Both the position numbers and the translations under genes were made by a program. From Chitinophagales bacterium (GTDB taxonomy: Bacteria > Bacteroidota > Bacteroidia > Chitinophagales > CAIOSU01), in contig JAGYJT010000006.1 of assembly GCA_018401955.1 (NCBI GenBank), forward strand, positions 10,351-74,350: a stretch of DNA of 64,000 nucleotides, in the 5' to 3' direction. How positions within the stretch are numbered: the stretch's first letter is position 1; the number at the start of each line of letters is the position of its first letter. The notes under the pieces were generated by a model. That model saw only the letters and a program-made list of their open reading frames with translations, was not told the origin of the DNA and searched no databases. Positions 41,538-51,323 of this stretch are shown piece by piece.

Positions 41538-42461
41538 TTAAATTGACAACTCCGGATAATTGCTGCCGTGGTCAGGGAAAACCGTAACTACTACACCGCT
41601 ATCCAATTCGTTGGCTACCCTTATGGCACCAGCCAAGTTTGCCGCCGATGATGGGCTTAACAGCAATCCATCTTTTTTAGCCACTTCTTTTATCAAGGCA
41701 TAAGCCTCTTCGGTGCTCACCTCTAGGTTTCTGTCAGCTAGCGTGGGGTCATATATCTTCGGCACTTTGGCAGTCTCCAAGTGTTTCCAACCTTCTAGGG
41801 CATGCATGGCAAAATCAGGCTGCAAAGATATTACCTCAATGTTCGAGTCAATTTCTTTCAATCTGCGTGAAGTACCCGTAAAAGTACCTGAGGTGCCCAG
41901 CCCTGCAACAAAGTGCGTTATTTTGCCACGGGTTTGGTCAAATATTTCACGGCCAGTGCCGTAGTAGTGTGCCTTCCAGTTGTGCTCGTTGCTATATTGG
42001 TCGGCATAATAATACTGGTCTGGGTTGTTTTGGTATAGTTCCAATGCATACTCTTGTGCACCATCGGTGCCTTCAAATCGACTGGTTTCAATAATGTTTA
42101 CGCCATGTGCTTTAAGGGCGTTTTTCTTTTGGCTGCTGGCATTAGCTGGCAGAGCTAGGGTAACTGGTATGCCCAACGCCGCTCCAATAGCGCCATAAGC
42201 CACGCCGGTGTTACCACTGCTGGCATCCAATAAATGGATGTGCTCGTCTAGTTTACCTGCTGCTACCGCCTCTTTAATAATATTGTAAGCGGCACGCGCC
42301 TTAACGCTGCTGCCAATTTGGTACCACTCTAGCTTGGCATAAATGGTTACACCAGGTTTGTTAAAAGTTCCGTTCAACGGGAACAGGGGGGTGTTCCCGA
42401 TGAACGGTTCCAATGAAAAAACCCTATTTAGTAAGCTCGATTTCGATTCTTTGATGAGCAT
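41538..42461 (-). CDS. cysM: PLP-dependent cysteine synthase, CysM-like
   Basis: IGNTPL, SVKARAA PLP Lys, SSGNTG, GLGTSGT, FPDHG. Confidence 0.88.
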   Translation of the reverse strand: MLIKESKSSLLNRVFSLEPFIGNTPLFPLNGTFNKPGVTIYAKLEWYQIGSSVKARAAYNIIKEAVAAGKLDEHIHLLDASSGNTGVAYGAIGAALGIPVTLALPANASSQKKNALKAHGVNIIETSRFEGTDGAQEYALELYQNNPDQYYYADQYSNEHNWKAHYYGTGREIFDQTRGKITHFVAGLGTSGTFTGTSRRLKEIDSNIEVISLQPDFAMHALEGWKHLETAKVPKIYDPTLADRNLEVSTEEAYALIKEVAKKDGLLLSPSSAANLAGAIRVANELDSGVVVTVFPDHGSNYPELSI

Positions 42462-42566
42462 GTGTTTTTGATTTTCGATTTACGAGGTACGATTTACGAT
42501 TGTGTACCCTGTTAACTCTTTTACTTTTCAATTCATTCGCACCTTGTGCTTCTTTTTTTTTGATTT

Positions 42567-42616
42567 CCGGTATTCGGGCCCTGTATTCTTTCGAACCAGC
42601 AGGGCCCGAATACCGG
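42567..42616. repeat. Perfect 17-bp inverted repeat between prx and cysM
   Basis: CCGGTATTCGGGCCCTG / CAGGGCCCGAATACCGG, 16-nt loop. Confidence 0.85.
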
Positions 42617-42712
42617 TCAATCATGACAATTATTGACAAACCATTATTTCAAATGACAGATATGAGATGAGAGATGAAAAATATTTTTGCTGACACACTC
42701 ACCTCACTGTCG

Positions 42713-43381
42713 TTAACTTAGTTCTTTTTTTGAGAGGTAGAAATCTACTTTCTCGTAAGTAGCATTCGCAAGGCGCTCTTCCACTTCTACCAAGGTTTTT
42801 GGTGGCGGCACAATTACTTTATCACCTGGGCGCCAGTTGGCTGGTAGAGCAACGCTGTGCTTATCGGCCGTTTGTAATGCCTCTATAACACGTTTAATCT
42901 CGTCAAGGTTGCGGCCAATATTCAATGGGTAATAAATTATAGCACGGATAACGTTTTTTGGGTCGATAACAAACACGGCACGTACGGTAGCGGTTTGGCT
43001 TTCGCCTGGATGAATCAATCCGTATAATTGCGCCACTTTGGTATCCAAATCGGCCACAATCGGGAAATCAAGGTATACACCTGTTTTCTCCCTAACGTTT
43101 TGTACCCAAGCTACGTGGCTATGAATGCTATCAATGCTCACGCCAATCAAATTGGTATTGCGGGCGGCAAAAAACTCCTTTTCGCGGGCAAACTCAATCA
43201 GCTCGGTGGTACATACAGGGGTAAAGTCAGCAGGGTGAGAAAACAGGATGGTATACTTATCCTTCTTGAAATCGTAGAAGTTTAAGCTGCCCACGGTGGT
43301 AACGGCAGTAAAGTTCGGGGCGGCATCGCCAATGCGTGGGATGCCGTTTTGTACTACTGGGTTTTCGGTTGCTGTTGACAT
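42713..43381 (-). CDS. 1-Cys (Prx6-type) peroxiredoxin
   Basis: LFSHPADFTPVCTTE, YPLNIGRN, PANWRPGD. Confidence 0.93.
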   Translation of the reverse strand: MSTATENPVVQNGIPRIGDAAPNFTAVTTVGSLNFYDFKKDKYTILFSHPADFTPVCTTELIEFAREKEFFAARNTNLIGVSIDSIHSHVAWVQNVREKTGVYLDFPIVADLDTKVAQLYGLIHPGESQTATVRAVFVIDPKNVIRAIIYYPLNIGRNLDEIKRVIEALQTADKHSVALPANWRPGDKVIVPPPKTLVEVEERLANATYEKVDFYLSKKELS

Positions 43382-43443
43382 GGTATTTTGTTTTTTACTG
43401 GCTATTGATGGCCTCGTTTCTTGTTTCGATAATGTTGTAAATG

Positions 43444-43476
43444 AAAAAAGCCCTCCCGCTTTGGCGGAAGGGCTTT
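43444..43476 (-). terminator. Attenuator terminator upstream of prx
   Basis: Minus strand AAAGCCCTTCCGC-CAAA-GCGGGAGGGCTTTTTT. Confidence 0.88.
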
Positions 43477-43518
43477 GTATAGCTTTTAGTGTTTGGTTGT
43501 TGTCTTATCTATCCAATA

Positions 43519-43623
43519 TTACCTACACAAATACAATGCACCCTGTCCGCCAGAGGCGAAACAACAGCAGCAACAACACATCATGTTGTTCATCGCTTGG
43601 GTGATATTTGTGTGAGTATTCAT
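43519..43623 (-). CDS. Leader peptide MNTHTNITQAMNNMMCCCCCCFASGGQGALYLCR (not in ORF track)
   Basis: ATG at 43623, ATG ATG then six Cys codons, TAA at 43519; terminator follows; TAGATTAG -7-like box at 43632-43639. Confidence 0.82.
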   Translation of the reverse strand: MNTHTNITQAMNNMMCCCCCCFASGGQGALYLCR

Positions 43624-43737
43624 TTCGGTTGCTAATCTATGACATAATAACCCAATTGTCAATCTTTGGTTCAATTAGTTCTGTTAAATAATTTAGGTAA
43701 AACAGTGTTAGGTGTTGATAATCAACGAGAAAAATTA

Positions 43738-44154
43738 TTAAAAATTAGCGCCGCTAAATATACTCCATATAATAATGCCTATTAAAGCAAGCCCAATAGC
43801 CAACGGCACCCATATTTTACGCTTGGGCATACTTTCGTGGCCAGGAATGTATTGGTCGTGTAGATATTTCCCCATAACCCACGATGTGGCTAAATTGATT
43901 GGGATGCCTACACCTCTGGGTATGTCAATTACAAATTGAAGCGCAACTAATGCTACCATAAATGCAATGCTGCCTAATAATACTTTAATAGCAATATCGT
44001 TTTTACCGACTCTATTAAGGTTTTGATAAGCCATTATACCTCCAAAAATGGTGGAGAAAAAGAAGGTAAAACCCGCCACCGCACTACTGGAGTATATTTC
44101 TGGTGCTGGGGTTTCATCTATAGGTGCATCAAGTATAGTGTTGTGCTGTTCCAT
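43738..44154 (-). CDS. Hypothetical membrane protein
   Basis: IYS..AVAGFTFFFSTIFGGI, four hydrophobic segments; TATCTTTG -7 box at 44169-44176. Confidence 0.8.
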   Translation of the reverse strand: MEQHNTILDAPIDETPAPEIYSSSAVAGFTFFFSTIFGGIMAYQNLNRVGKNDIAIKVLLGSIAFMVALVALQFVIDIPRGVGIPINLATSWVMGKYLHDQYIPGHESMPKRKIWVPLAIGLALIGIIIWSIFSGANF

Positions 44155-44220
44155 GGTAGCCTTTTGGGCAAAGATATACCATTTGCCTTTTAGTTGTAAT
44201 GTGTAAGCAAAGCAAAAGTA

Positions 44221-46065
44221 TTAATATACCAGCACCTTTTTACGAGAAATTGCTTTGCCGTTGATAGTTGTTAGTAGATACATGCCAGTACCTGTGCTAA
44301 TTGGCAAGGTTAGCGTGTTACATACATTGCAACTGGCAACTACTTTGCCTGTAATATCGGTAACCGTTACATCAGTATGAGTTGAGAGGTTAATGGCGTT
44401 CCCTGCTTTTACTGGGTTAGGATAGAAGCTTACCTCATTGGTAGGTTCCATAACTTCATTTAAGCCAACATACAAAGCACCTTTGTATCGGTGGCTCGAA
44501 AACCAGAACCAGTCGGGGTTATTGGTTACAAAGGCAACCAATTCCTGTGTTTGAAATTGTTGATAGGTTAGCGTTCTGCTCCAAACATCCGTTACTCCAT
44601 CAATCCAAAGGATATCGGTATAATTATTAGAGTCTAATGATAGGGTTACAGCACTAGAATCTGGCGAGAAGCTGATATTTATGTAAGGCCTTAAATCATC
44701 AAACGGTAGTTGATTGTCAAAATATGGATAAAAACGATAGGTTAGGAACGAGTAATCTTGATTGATGGCAAACACCATGGTGTTGCTGTTATCCCAAACC
44801 CCCAACTTGGGCACACCATTGTCATTTGACAAATCAAAATTAGTGGAACCGATGTTGCCAAAAGAGAGGGCGTTGTTAATTTCTGATATTGAGCTAGCAT
44901 AGCGGTTTTGTAGCATAACCCCGCCGTTACCCATGGCAGTACTTTGCCCAAGCACATCATATAATCCCTTGCGAGTGGTTCTGATTGAATCGCCTGAAGA
45001 TTGTATAAATACCTTGTAGCCGGTGTTAGGTTTTGCCCTACAGCCTCCATTATCCCATAATGATTTTACCAAGGTGTCTTTATTGGCATACAAGTATTGA
45101 AGGTCGTGGGCTGTATTTACCCAAACCGAATCATCGGATTGATGGCCCAAATGATTTGATTTGCTCAATACTTGCACGCTACTGGTTACCCATTTGGTAC
45201 CATTAAAAGTTGCCGTAATTTCAAATTCTGAATCGGTATTACGGTTAAATATGCCAATTTTCACAGTGTCTACTGCTGTTTGTATGGCTGCAATAGAATT
45301 TGGGTGGTAAAAATCGATAATATTATTGTCAAACGTATCTAGTGTGGTGTAGCTGCAAGTAGATTGGGGTGTGCCAGCCGGGCTTATGCCCCAAGCAGGG
45401 TCTGCAGCACTCCAATAAAAATTTGTATTGTGATTAGCTGATACCCAGTTAACGGTAGGGTACGTAACGCCACCAGTTTGTTGGCTTCCAAGGAATGCAT
45501 ATCCCAGGTTGTTGGGCATTACATAAAACTCGTGTGGGTTGCCTATGCCAAAGGTATCAATTACCTCAAAATTTCTATCGCATACATAACCAACTACAGG
45601 TTTAATGCTGTAGTCTCGTATTTCGGCCCAAGTAAAAAGTTCTTCCTCTGGCCAATATCTAAAATTCCAAATAGGAAAATTTGACCCATCGGGTACTAAA
45701 CGAAACGCAGCGGGTATCTTTTCATATACATCATATAGTACCATCATTTGCTCAAGTACAAATGGAGAGCTAGCAGCCCAAAGGCCATACCTTACTTTGG
45801 TTTGTGCTATCGCCTGGTCGTTATAGTTTATTTGAAACGGAAATATAACACTGTTAGAGTCTTCTACAAGCGGTGCATAGATAGTTTGGGCATAAACTTG
45901 CGCATTTAAGCATACTGCTATCACTAGCATTATAACGTACTTGACGCAATTATCTATAAAACTATTTTTGGCGCAAGGCGATGAGAAAATGCTTAGGCTA
46001 GTTGATAATGTTACATACGCTTTTGCCAAAGGGTTTTGGTACAAAAGCAACATTTGTTTTCCCAT
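44221..46065 (-). CDS. T9SS-secreted protein, arylsulfotransferase (ASST)-like; start uncertain (may be 45930)
   Basis: NPHEF, DFYHPNSI, TAHD, WDNG, YRFY motifs reminiscent of ASST propellers; FYPNP..GMYLL CTD. Confidence 0.65.
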   Translation of the reverse strand: MGKQMLLLYQNPLAKAYVTLSTSLSIFSSPCAKNSFIDNCVKYVIMLVIAVCLNAQVYAQTIYAPLVEDSNSVIFPFQINYNDQAIAQTKVRYGLWAASSPFVLEQMMVLYDVYEKIPAAFRLVPDGSNFPIWNFRYWPEEELFTWAEIRDYSIKPVVGYVCDRNFEVIDTFGIGNPHEFYVMPNNLGYAFLGSQQTGGVTYPTVNWVSANHNTNFYWSAADPAWGISPAGTPQSTCSYTTLDTFDNNIIDFYHPNSIAAIQTAVDTVKIGIFNRNTDSEFEITATFNGTKWVTSSVQVLSKSNHLGHQSDDSVWVNTAHDLQYLYANKDTLVKSLWDNGGCRAKPNTGYKVFIQSSGDSIRTTRKGLYDVLGQSTAMGNGGVMLQNRYASSISEINNALSFGNIGSTNFDLSNDNGVPKLGVWDNSNTMVFAINQDYSFLTYRFYPYFDNQLPFDDLRPYINISFSPDSSAVTLSLDSNNYTDILWIDGVTDVWSRTLTYQQFQTQELVAFVTNNPDWFWFSSHRYKGALYVGLNEVMEPTNEVSFYPNPVKAGNAINLSTHTDVTVTDITGKVVASCNVCNTLTLPISTGTGMYLLTTINGKAISRKKVLVY

Positions 46066-46301
46066 AGTAGATAATAATGAGTCAAAGGTACGCAGCCCAA
46101 GGAAATATGGCCTGAAAACTCATTAAATTTTGATTAAAATAACCAGGGTTAACTGTCTGAAATTCAGTAATTTAGGTTGCAGTTTGTGCTTTAAAATAGA
46201 CAGTCATAACGTATCAAAATAATCAGCATAATCATATTGGTGATTTGCAATGCGGTATGATTGTATAAAATAGCCGTTGCATAGCTATTAGTTAAACGGT
46301 G

Positions 46302-46898
46302 CTACTGGTCTCTTTGTACCCAACCTTCATAAATGCCATCCATAGTCTCAGTAGATAGTTGTGGAGCATGGTAAAGCCCTGTTTCAATACGTTGGCGCAT
46401 TACCTCAAACACACTCACAGCACATGCTACCGAAATATTGAGGCTCTGCACCATGCCCTGCATCGGGATAATGAAATTGCCATCGGCATACTCCAATATT
46501 TCAGCTGATAAGCCTAAACGCTCGTTGCCAAACAACAAAGCTACCGAGCCGGTTAAGTTTAGGTTATATAAACTAACGGCATCTTGGCTTAGGTGGGTAG
46601 CATAGACCTTATCGTACTTAGCCTTTACGGCGGTCATACAATCGGCAATGTTTTCAAAAGTATGTAGGTCAACCCACTTTTTTGCGCCAGCAGAGCTACG
46701 TTTACCCAATTTAGTAATGGGCGGGGTAAGGGTGTTAACCACATATACCTCCATAATACCCACGGCATCGCAACTGCGCATTACAGCCGATAGGTTGTGC
46801 GGGTCGTGAACGTCTTCGAGCACAACGGTAACATTTGGTTGCCGTTGCGACAAAACTTTCCGCATTTTTTGTTGTCTTATACTTAGTGTATCATCCAT
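46302..46898 (-). CDS. trmH: tRNA (guanosine-18-2'-O)-methyltransferase, SpoU family
   Basis: DPHNLSAVMRSCDAVG, FGNERLG, IPMQGMVQSLNISVA. Confidence 0.93.
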   Translation of the reverse strand: MDDTLSIRQQKMRKVLSQRQPNVTVVLEDVHDPHNLSAVMRSCDAVGIMEVYVVNTLTPPITKLGKRSSAGAKKWVDLHTFENIADCMTAVKAKYDKVYATHLSQDAVSLYNLNLTGSVALLFGNERLGLSAEILEYADGNFIIPMQGMVQSLNISVACAVSVFEVMRQRIETGLYHAPQLSTETMDGIYEGWVQRDQ

Positions 46899-46947
46899 TC
46901 GTTTGTAAAACTAAACAGAATGGTATCTTTATAAAAACTTTTCCACT

Positions 46948-49632
46948 ATGTTACGTAAGCTTCTATTAGGCTTTTTAATTTTTATCGTGTTGTTGGTAGG
47001 TGCTTTAGCCGCAGTGCCGTTTATTTTTAAGGACCAATTGCTGGCGTTTGCCAAAACCCAGATAAACACATATCTCACCGCCACGGTCGATTTTGATGAG
47101 TTTGGTGTCTCGGTTTTCAAAGATTTTCCTAACATCAGTCTCACCCTAGGTGATGTATCGGTAATTAACGGCGCCCCTTTTGAGGGCGATACCTTAGCGG
47201 GTATAAAAGACGTTACTGTTAGCCTCGACATAATGAGCGTTATCAAAGGCGACCAATATGTTATCCGTAACGTGGCGCTTACCCAACCGCGCATAAAGGT
47301 TAAGGTGTTAAAAGACGGCACGGCCAACTATGACATAATGAAACCTAGCGATGCGGCTGATACCACTAGCGGCGGTGCTACCCCGGCCATCGAAATAAAT
47401 GGTTACAGCATTACCAAAGGCTATATTTTATATGACGATAAGGCAGGGGATATGTATGCGGAGATTGTTGACCTAGACCATAAGGGTAGCGGCGATTTTG
47501 CACAAGATATTGTTGACCTTTCAACCACTACCAGCATTAAAGCCCTAACCGTGAAGACCGGTGGTGTGGCCTACCTGAGCAAAGCCGAACTGGAAGCAAA
47601 GCTTGACCTGAACCTTGATTTGCCGAACAGCAAATATACTTTTAAAGAAAACACCGTAAGGCTTAACCAATTGGAGCTGGCCTTCAACGGCTGGTTGCAA
47701 TTGCTTGCAAATGAGGCTATGGATTTGGATGTGAGCTTTGATGCCAAGAAAACAGAGTTTAAGAACATCCTTTCGCTGTTGCCGGCCATATATGCCAAAG
47801 ATTTTGAGCAAGTGCAAACCAGCGGTAGCTTGGTGCTGCGTGGCTATGCCAAAGGCAAATTGGAAGGTGAAAGCTATCCAGCCTTTGCCTTGGAATTGGG
47901 TGTAGACAATGCCAGTTTCAAATACCCAGATTTGCCTGTTGGGGTAAGTGCTATAAACATTGATGCCAGCGTAAAATCGCCGGGCGGTAGTTTGGATAGA
48001 ACGGTAGTTGATGTGCCAAAGTTTGATTTTGTAGCAGGTACCGATCCGTTTAAAATGAAGATAAATGTGCGTACCCCAATTTCAGACCCTAATATTGATG
48101 CTAGCCTAAAGGGCAAAATCAATTTGGATAACGTAAAGAACTTTTACCCAATGGCGCAGGGCGAAAGCCTATCTGGCCTATTGGATATGGATGTAACGGC
48201 TGAGGGTAGGCTTAGTGCCATTGAGGCAGAGAAGTATCAAAACTTTGATGCCCAGGGTAGTATTGCCATTACCAATTTGAGGTATGCTAGCCCTGACGTG
48301 CCTAAGCCCGTATCGGTTGATGCACTTAACATGACCTTTACGCCGCAAGTGGTAACCTTGGATAAGTTGGTTGCTAAAATTGGCAGAAGTGATATTGATG
48401 CGGTTGGCAGGCTCGATAATTTACTAAATTACCTATTTGCCGGTGAGGTGCTTAAAGGTAGCCTAACCTTAAACTCGAAGTTGTTGGATTTGAACGAGTT
48501 TATGACCGAGGAAACTACTACCACAACCACCACTACCACCGACGGTGACGGCAGCACCAGCACTACTATGGAAACTACCGGTGCCGATGTGCCCGATGAT
48601 TTAGATTTTACCCTAAACGCAACAATGGCCAGGGTTATTTATGATAACATCGAGATTAAGGGTGCTAGTGCCAAATTTACGGTAAAGAACGAAACGGTAA
48701 CCATTACTGATTTGAAAGCCAATATTTTGGATGGGGCTCTGGCTCTTGATGGTACTTACTCCACTTACCAGACCGAAAGGCCAGCGCTTGACTTCAAGTT
48801 TAAATTTATGAACGTTGATGTGCAGCAGGCGTTCAAAACCTTCAATTCGGTGCAGCAAATTATGCCTATTGCCGACCAGATAAGTGGCAAGTTTAGTACC
48901 CAGTTTGATATGAAGGGCTTTTTGGGCGACGATTTATCGCCTGACTTAAATACCTTATTGGGCGAGGGTACTGTTGAGTTGACCAATGCAAAGCTTACTG
49001 GTAGTGATGTACTGAATAATTTGGCGGATAAATTTAAGTTGCCACAATTAAAGTCGATTGATATACCTAAGTCTTGGACCATTGTGAAACTGGTAAATGG
49101 TAAGATTTTTGTTGAGCCGTTTGACTTTAAGTACCAAGATATAGCCATGACTATTGCCGGTTCGCACAGCCTGTTAAACGTGATGGACTACGGTGTACTG
49201 ATGGATGTGCCGAGCAACAAAATGGGCCCAGCCAAAGGTATGGTTGATGGTTTATTAGCCCAATCGCCAATACCGGGTATTACACCAACCTCGTTGCCAG
49301 ATATGTTGCGCTTTAAGGTTGGTATAACGGGTGATATGGCGAAACCAAAGATTGATGTAAAGCTACTAGGCTCCGGCGGTTCTACCAGTCCGGTTAAAGA
49401 TTTGGTAAACGACCAGGTGGATAAGGTTAAGGAAGAGTTTGACAAACAAAAGGACGAGGCCATTAAACAAGCAGAGGATGCCAAGCGTAAAGCTGAAGAA
49501 GAAGCCCAAAGGCAGCTTGATGAGGCTAAGCGCAAAGCCGACGAAGCTAAAAAGAAAGCCGAAGAAGAGGCTAAAAAGAAGGCTAAGGAAGAGGCTGATA
49601 AGCTAAAAGATAAGATTAAGACGCCTTGGTAA
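46948..49632 (+). CDS. AsmA-like bridge protein
   Basis: N-terminal TM anchor, DGTANYDI, long beta-rich body, C-terminal KKKAEEEA coiled coil. Confidence 0.88.
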   Translation: MLRKLLLGFLIFIVLLVGALAAVPFIFKDQLLAFAKTQINTYLTATVDFDEFGVSVFKDFPNISLTLGDVSVINGAPFEGDTLAGIKDVTVSLDIMSVIKGDQYVIRNVALTQPRIKVKVLKDGTANYDIMKPSDAADTTSGGATPAIEINGYSITKGYILYDDKAGDMYAEIVDLDHKGSGDFAQDIVDLSTTTSIKALTVKTGGVAYLSKAELEAKLDLNLDLPNSKYTFKENTVRLNQLELAFNGWLQLLANEAMDLDVSFDAKKTEFKNILSLLPAIYAKDFEQVQTSGSLVLRGYAKGKLEGESYPAFALELGVDNASFKYPDLPVGVSAINIDASVKSPGGSLDRTVVDVPKFDFVAGTDPFKMKINVRTPISDPNIDASLKGKINLDNVKNFYPMAQGESLSGLLDMDVTAEGRLSAIEAEKYQNFDAQGSIAITNLRYASPDVPKPVSVDALNMTFTPQVVTLDKLVAKIGRSDIDAVGRLDNLLNYLFAGEVLKGSLTLNSKLLDLNEFMTEETTTTTTTTTDGDGSTSTTMETTGADVPDDLDFTLNATMARVIYDNIEIKGASAKFTVKNETVTITDLKANILDGALALDGTYSTYQTERPALDFKFKFMNVDVQQAFKTFNSVQQIMPIADQISGKFSTQFDMKGFLGDDLSPDLNTLLGEGTVELTNAKLTGSDVLNNLADKFKLPQLKSIDIPKSWTIVKLVNGKIFVEPFDFKYQDIAMTIAGSHSLLNVMDYGVLMDVPSNKMGPAKGMVDGLLAQSPIPGITPTSLPDMLRFKVGITGDMAKPKIDVKLLGSGGSTSPVKDLVNDQVDKVKEEFDKQKDEAIKQAEDAKRKAEEEAQRQLDEAKRKADEAKKKAEEEAKKKAKEEADKLKDKIKTPW

Positions 49633-49643
49633 AGGCTGGTTTT

Positions 49644-49819
49644 CCGTCATAGCTGAGGAAGGAAATGCTGTAGCAACCGACTGACGAAGTAACTATTCTT
49701 ACTGCTTTTGCACAGAATGCCATCTGGTCGTGAGCACCTTTCATCGACTCAGGGGATTGCTTCAAGTCCTTGTTGGCCTGGAGTTTAGCTAGGTTTAGTG
49801 TGGACTTTCGCAATGACGG
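49644..49819. repeat. REP-like element with inverted ends
   Basis: CCGTCAT...GAAGTAA / GATTGCTTC...TCGCAATGACGG; related half-site CCGTCATTGCGA near 22575. Confidence 0.55.
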
Positions 49820-49831
49820 TGTGTTAAAATT

Positions 49832-49867
49832 AAAAATGCCCCCGCGGATTCGTGGGGGCATTTTTTA
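49832..49867. terminator. Bidirectional intrinsic terminator
   Basis: AAAAATGCCCCC...GGGGGCATTTTTTT. Confidence 0.85.
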
Positions 49868-50138
49868 TAATGTTTGCTGAGTTAAATCAGCTTAATATGC
49901 TTATTGAAAAAGGAAGGCAAAAATATACTGGTGCTGCCAATCGCCGAAGTGAATATTGTATGATGCAAAGCTTGGGTATTCGGCAAGTATAGCTTTGGTA
50001 ATGGCTATACTCCAGCTACCCAAAACGGCCAGCATAATGAATATGTAAGTGGGTGTTTGTTTCAAATGTTTTTTCATCGCATTGTGGTTTACCCTTACTA
50101 AACGATTAAATATACCAAATAGTTGCCTTGCTATCAAA

Positions 50139-51269
50139 TTACCCTTTCAAATTTACACCCATTTCCAACAAAACATCTTGAATGGCAGCTAATAAACCAC
50201 GAATGTCAACCTCGGTTATGTGGCCTATGTTGCCAATACGGAAACAATCTACTTGACTCAATTTGCCTGGGTAGATAACGTAATCCATATTGTTCAACAG
50301 CTCATAAAATCGTTTGAAATCGAAATTGGGGTCGGTTGGGTACAAAAATGAGCTGATGATGTAACCTTGTTTCTCTGGTGCTAAATATTCTTTAAAACCC
50401 AGTTCGCGCATGCCAGCAACCAACAAGTTGTAGTTAGCTTGGTAGCGGGCACTGCGGCCAGCCACACTACCTTCGGCGGTATGTTCTTTTATAGCTTGCG
50501 CAAAAGCCAATATGGTATGCGTAGGTGGTGTAAAACGGAACTGGCCATTTTGCTCCAAACCTTCCCACTGAGCGTATAAATCTAGGCTTAGGCTGCGGGC
50601 ATTGCCTTTGCAGGCATCCAATGCATCCTTTTTGATGATAGAGAAACTAAAGCCTGGCACACCCTCAATACACTTGTTAGAAGACGAAACCAAGAAATCT
50701 ATTTGGTAATCGGTAATGTTGGTAGGCACCGCACCAAAGCTGCTCATGGCATCTACAATATAGTTTTTGCCATATTTTTTCACCACCTCGCCAATGGCCT
50801 TTATCGGGTTGAAAATACCGCTAGTAGTTTCGCAATGCACCACCACGGCGTGGGTAATACCTGGGTTTTGTGCAAGGGTGCTATCTATCTCTTCTAAAGA
50901 CGGATATTCATCTTCGGCATATTTTAGTACCGTTTTGGTTATGCCGTGTACATCGGCCATTTTGGCTATACGATCGCCATAAGCACCATTGATGATAACC
51001 AACAGGTGCCCGCCAACCTTGGGCAATGCAGATGATATAACCGATTCGACACCAAAAGTGCCCGAGCCCTGCATCAACACCGACTCATAACCTTGGGCTT
51101 GGCTTACCTCACCCATTTCTAGCAAAGCATTACGCACTTGCTTTACGGTATTAATAAACTCAATATCGCGAGAACCTAGGTCGCGAAGCATCGCCTGCTT
51201 TACAGTCATGCTGGTGGTAAGCGGACCAGGGGTAAATAGTAATTTATCTTTGGTAAGAGTGTTTTCCAT
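50139..51269 (-). CDS. phnW: 2-aminoethylphosphonate--pyruvate transaminase
   Basis: LFTPGPLTTS, QGSGT, HCETTSG, DAMSSFG, SSNKCIEGVPG, RFTPPT, IYPGK. Confidence 0.95.
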   Translation of the reverse strand: MENTLTKDKLLFTPGPLTTSMTVKQAMLRDLGSRDIEFINTVKQVRNALLEMGEVSQAQGYESVLMQGSGTFGVESVISSALPKVGGHLLVIINGAYGDRIAKMADVHGITKTVLKYAEDEYPSLEEIDSTLAQNPGITHAVVVHCETTSGIFNPIKAIGEVVKKYGKNYIVDAMSSFGAVPTNITDYQIDFLVSSSNKCIEGVPGFSFSIIKKDALDACKGNARSLSLDLYAQWEGLEQNGQFRFTPPTHTILAFAQAIKEHTAEGSVAGRSARYQANYNLLVAGMRELGFKEYLAPEKQGYIISSFLYPTDPNFDFKRFYELLNNMDYVIYPGKLSQVDCFRIGNIGHITEVDIRGLLAAIQDVLLEMGVNLKG

Positions 51270-51323
51270 TGTGTTTGGTTGATTAGTTGATTGGTTAATT
51301 AGTTATTGGTTAATTCGTTAAAA

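Noticed and set aside
43296-43604. 102-aa plus-strand ORF
   Set aside because: Antisense to the prx start and the Cys leader; its NNSSNN run is the reverse complement of the Cys codons.
43519-43623. Cys-rich peptides as metallothioneins or RiPP precursors
   Set aside because: No modifying enzymes nearby; contiguous Cys codons plus terminator/antiterminator geometry before sulfur genes fit attenuation better.
48510-48580. ACC/ACT-rich tract in asmA
   Set aside because: In-frame poly-Thr linker with mixed codons; not a phase-variable repeat.
49901-50137. Small ORF after phnW (58 aa from ATG at 50077)
   Set aside because: Has a hydrophobic stretch but no recognisable motif; support is too weak to call.
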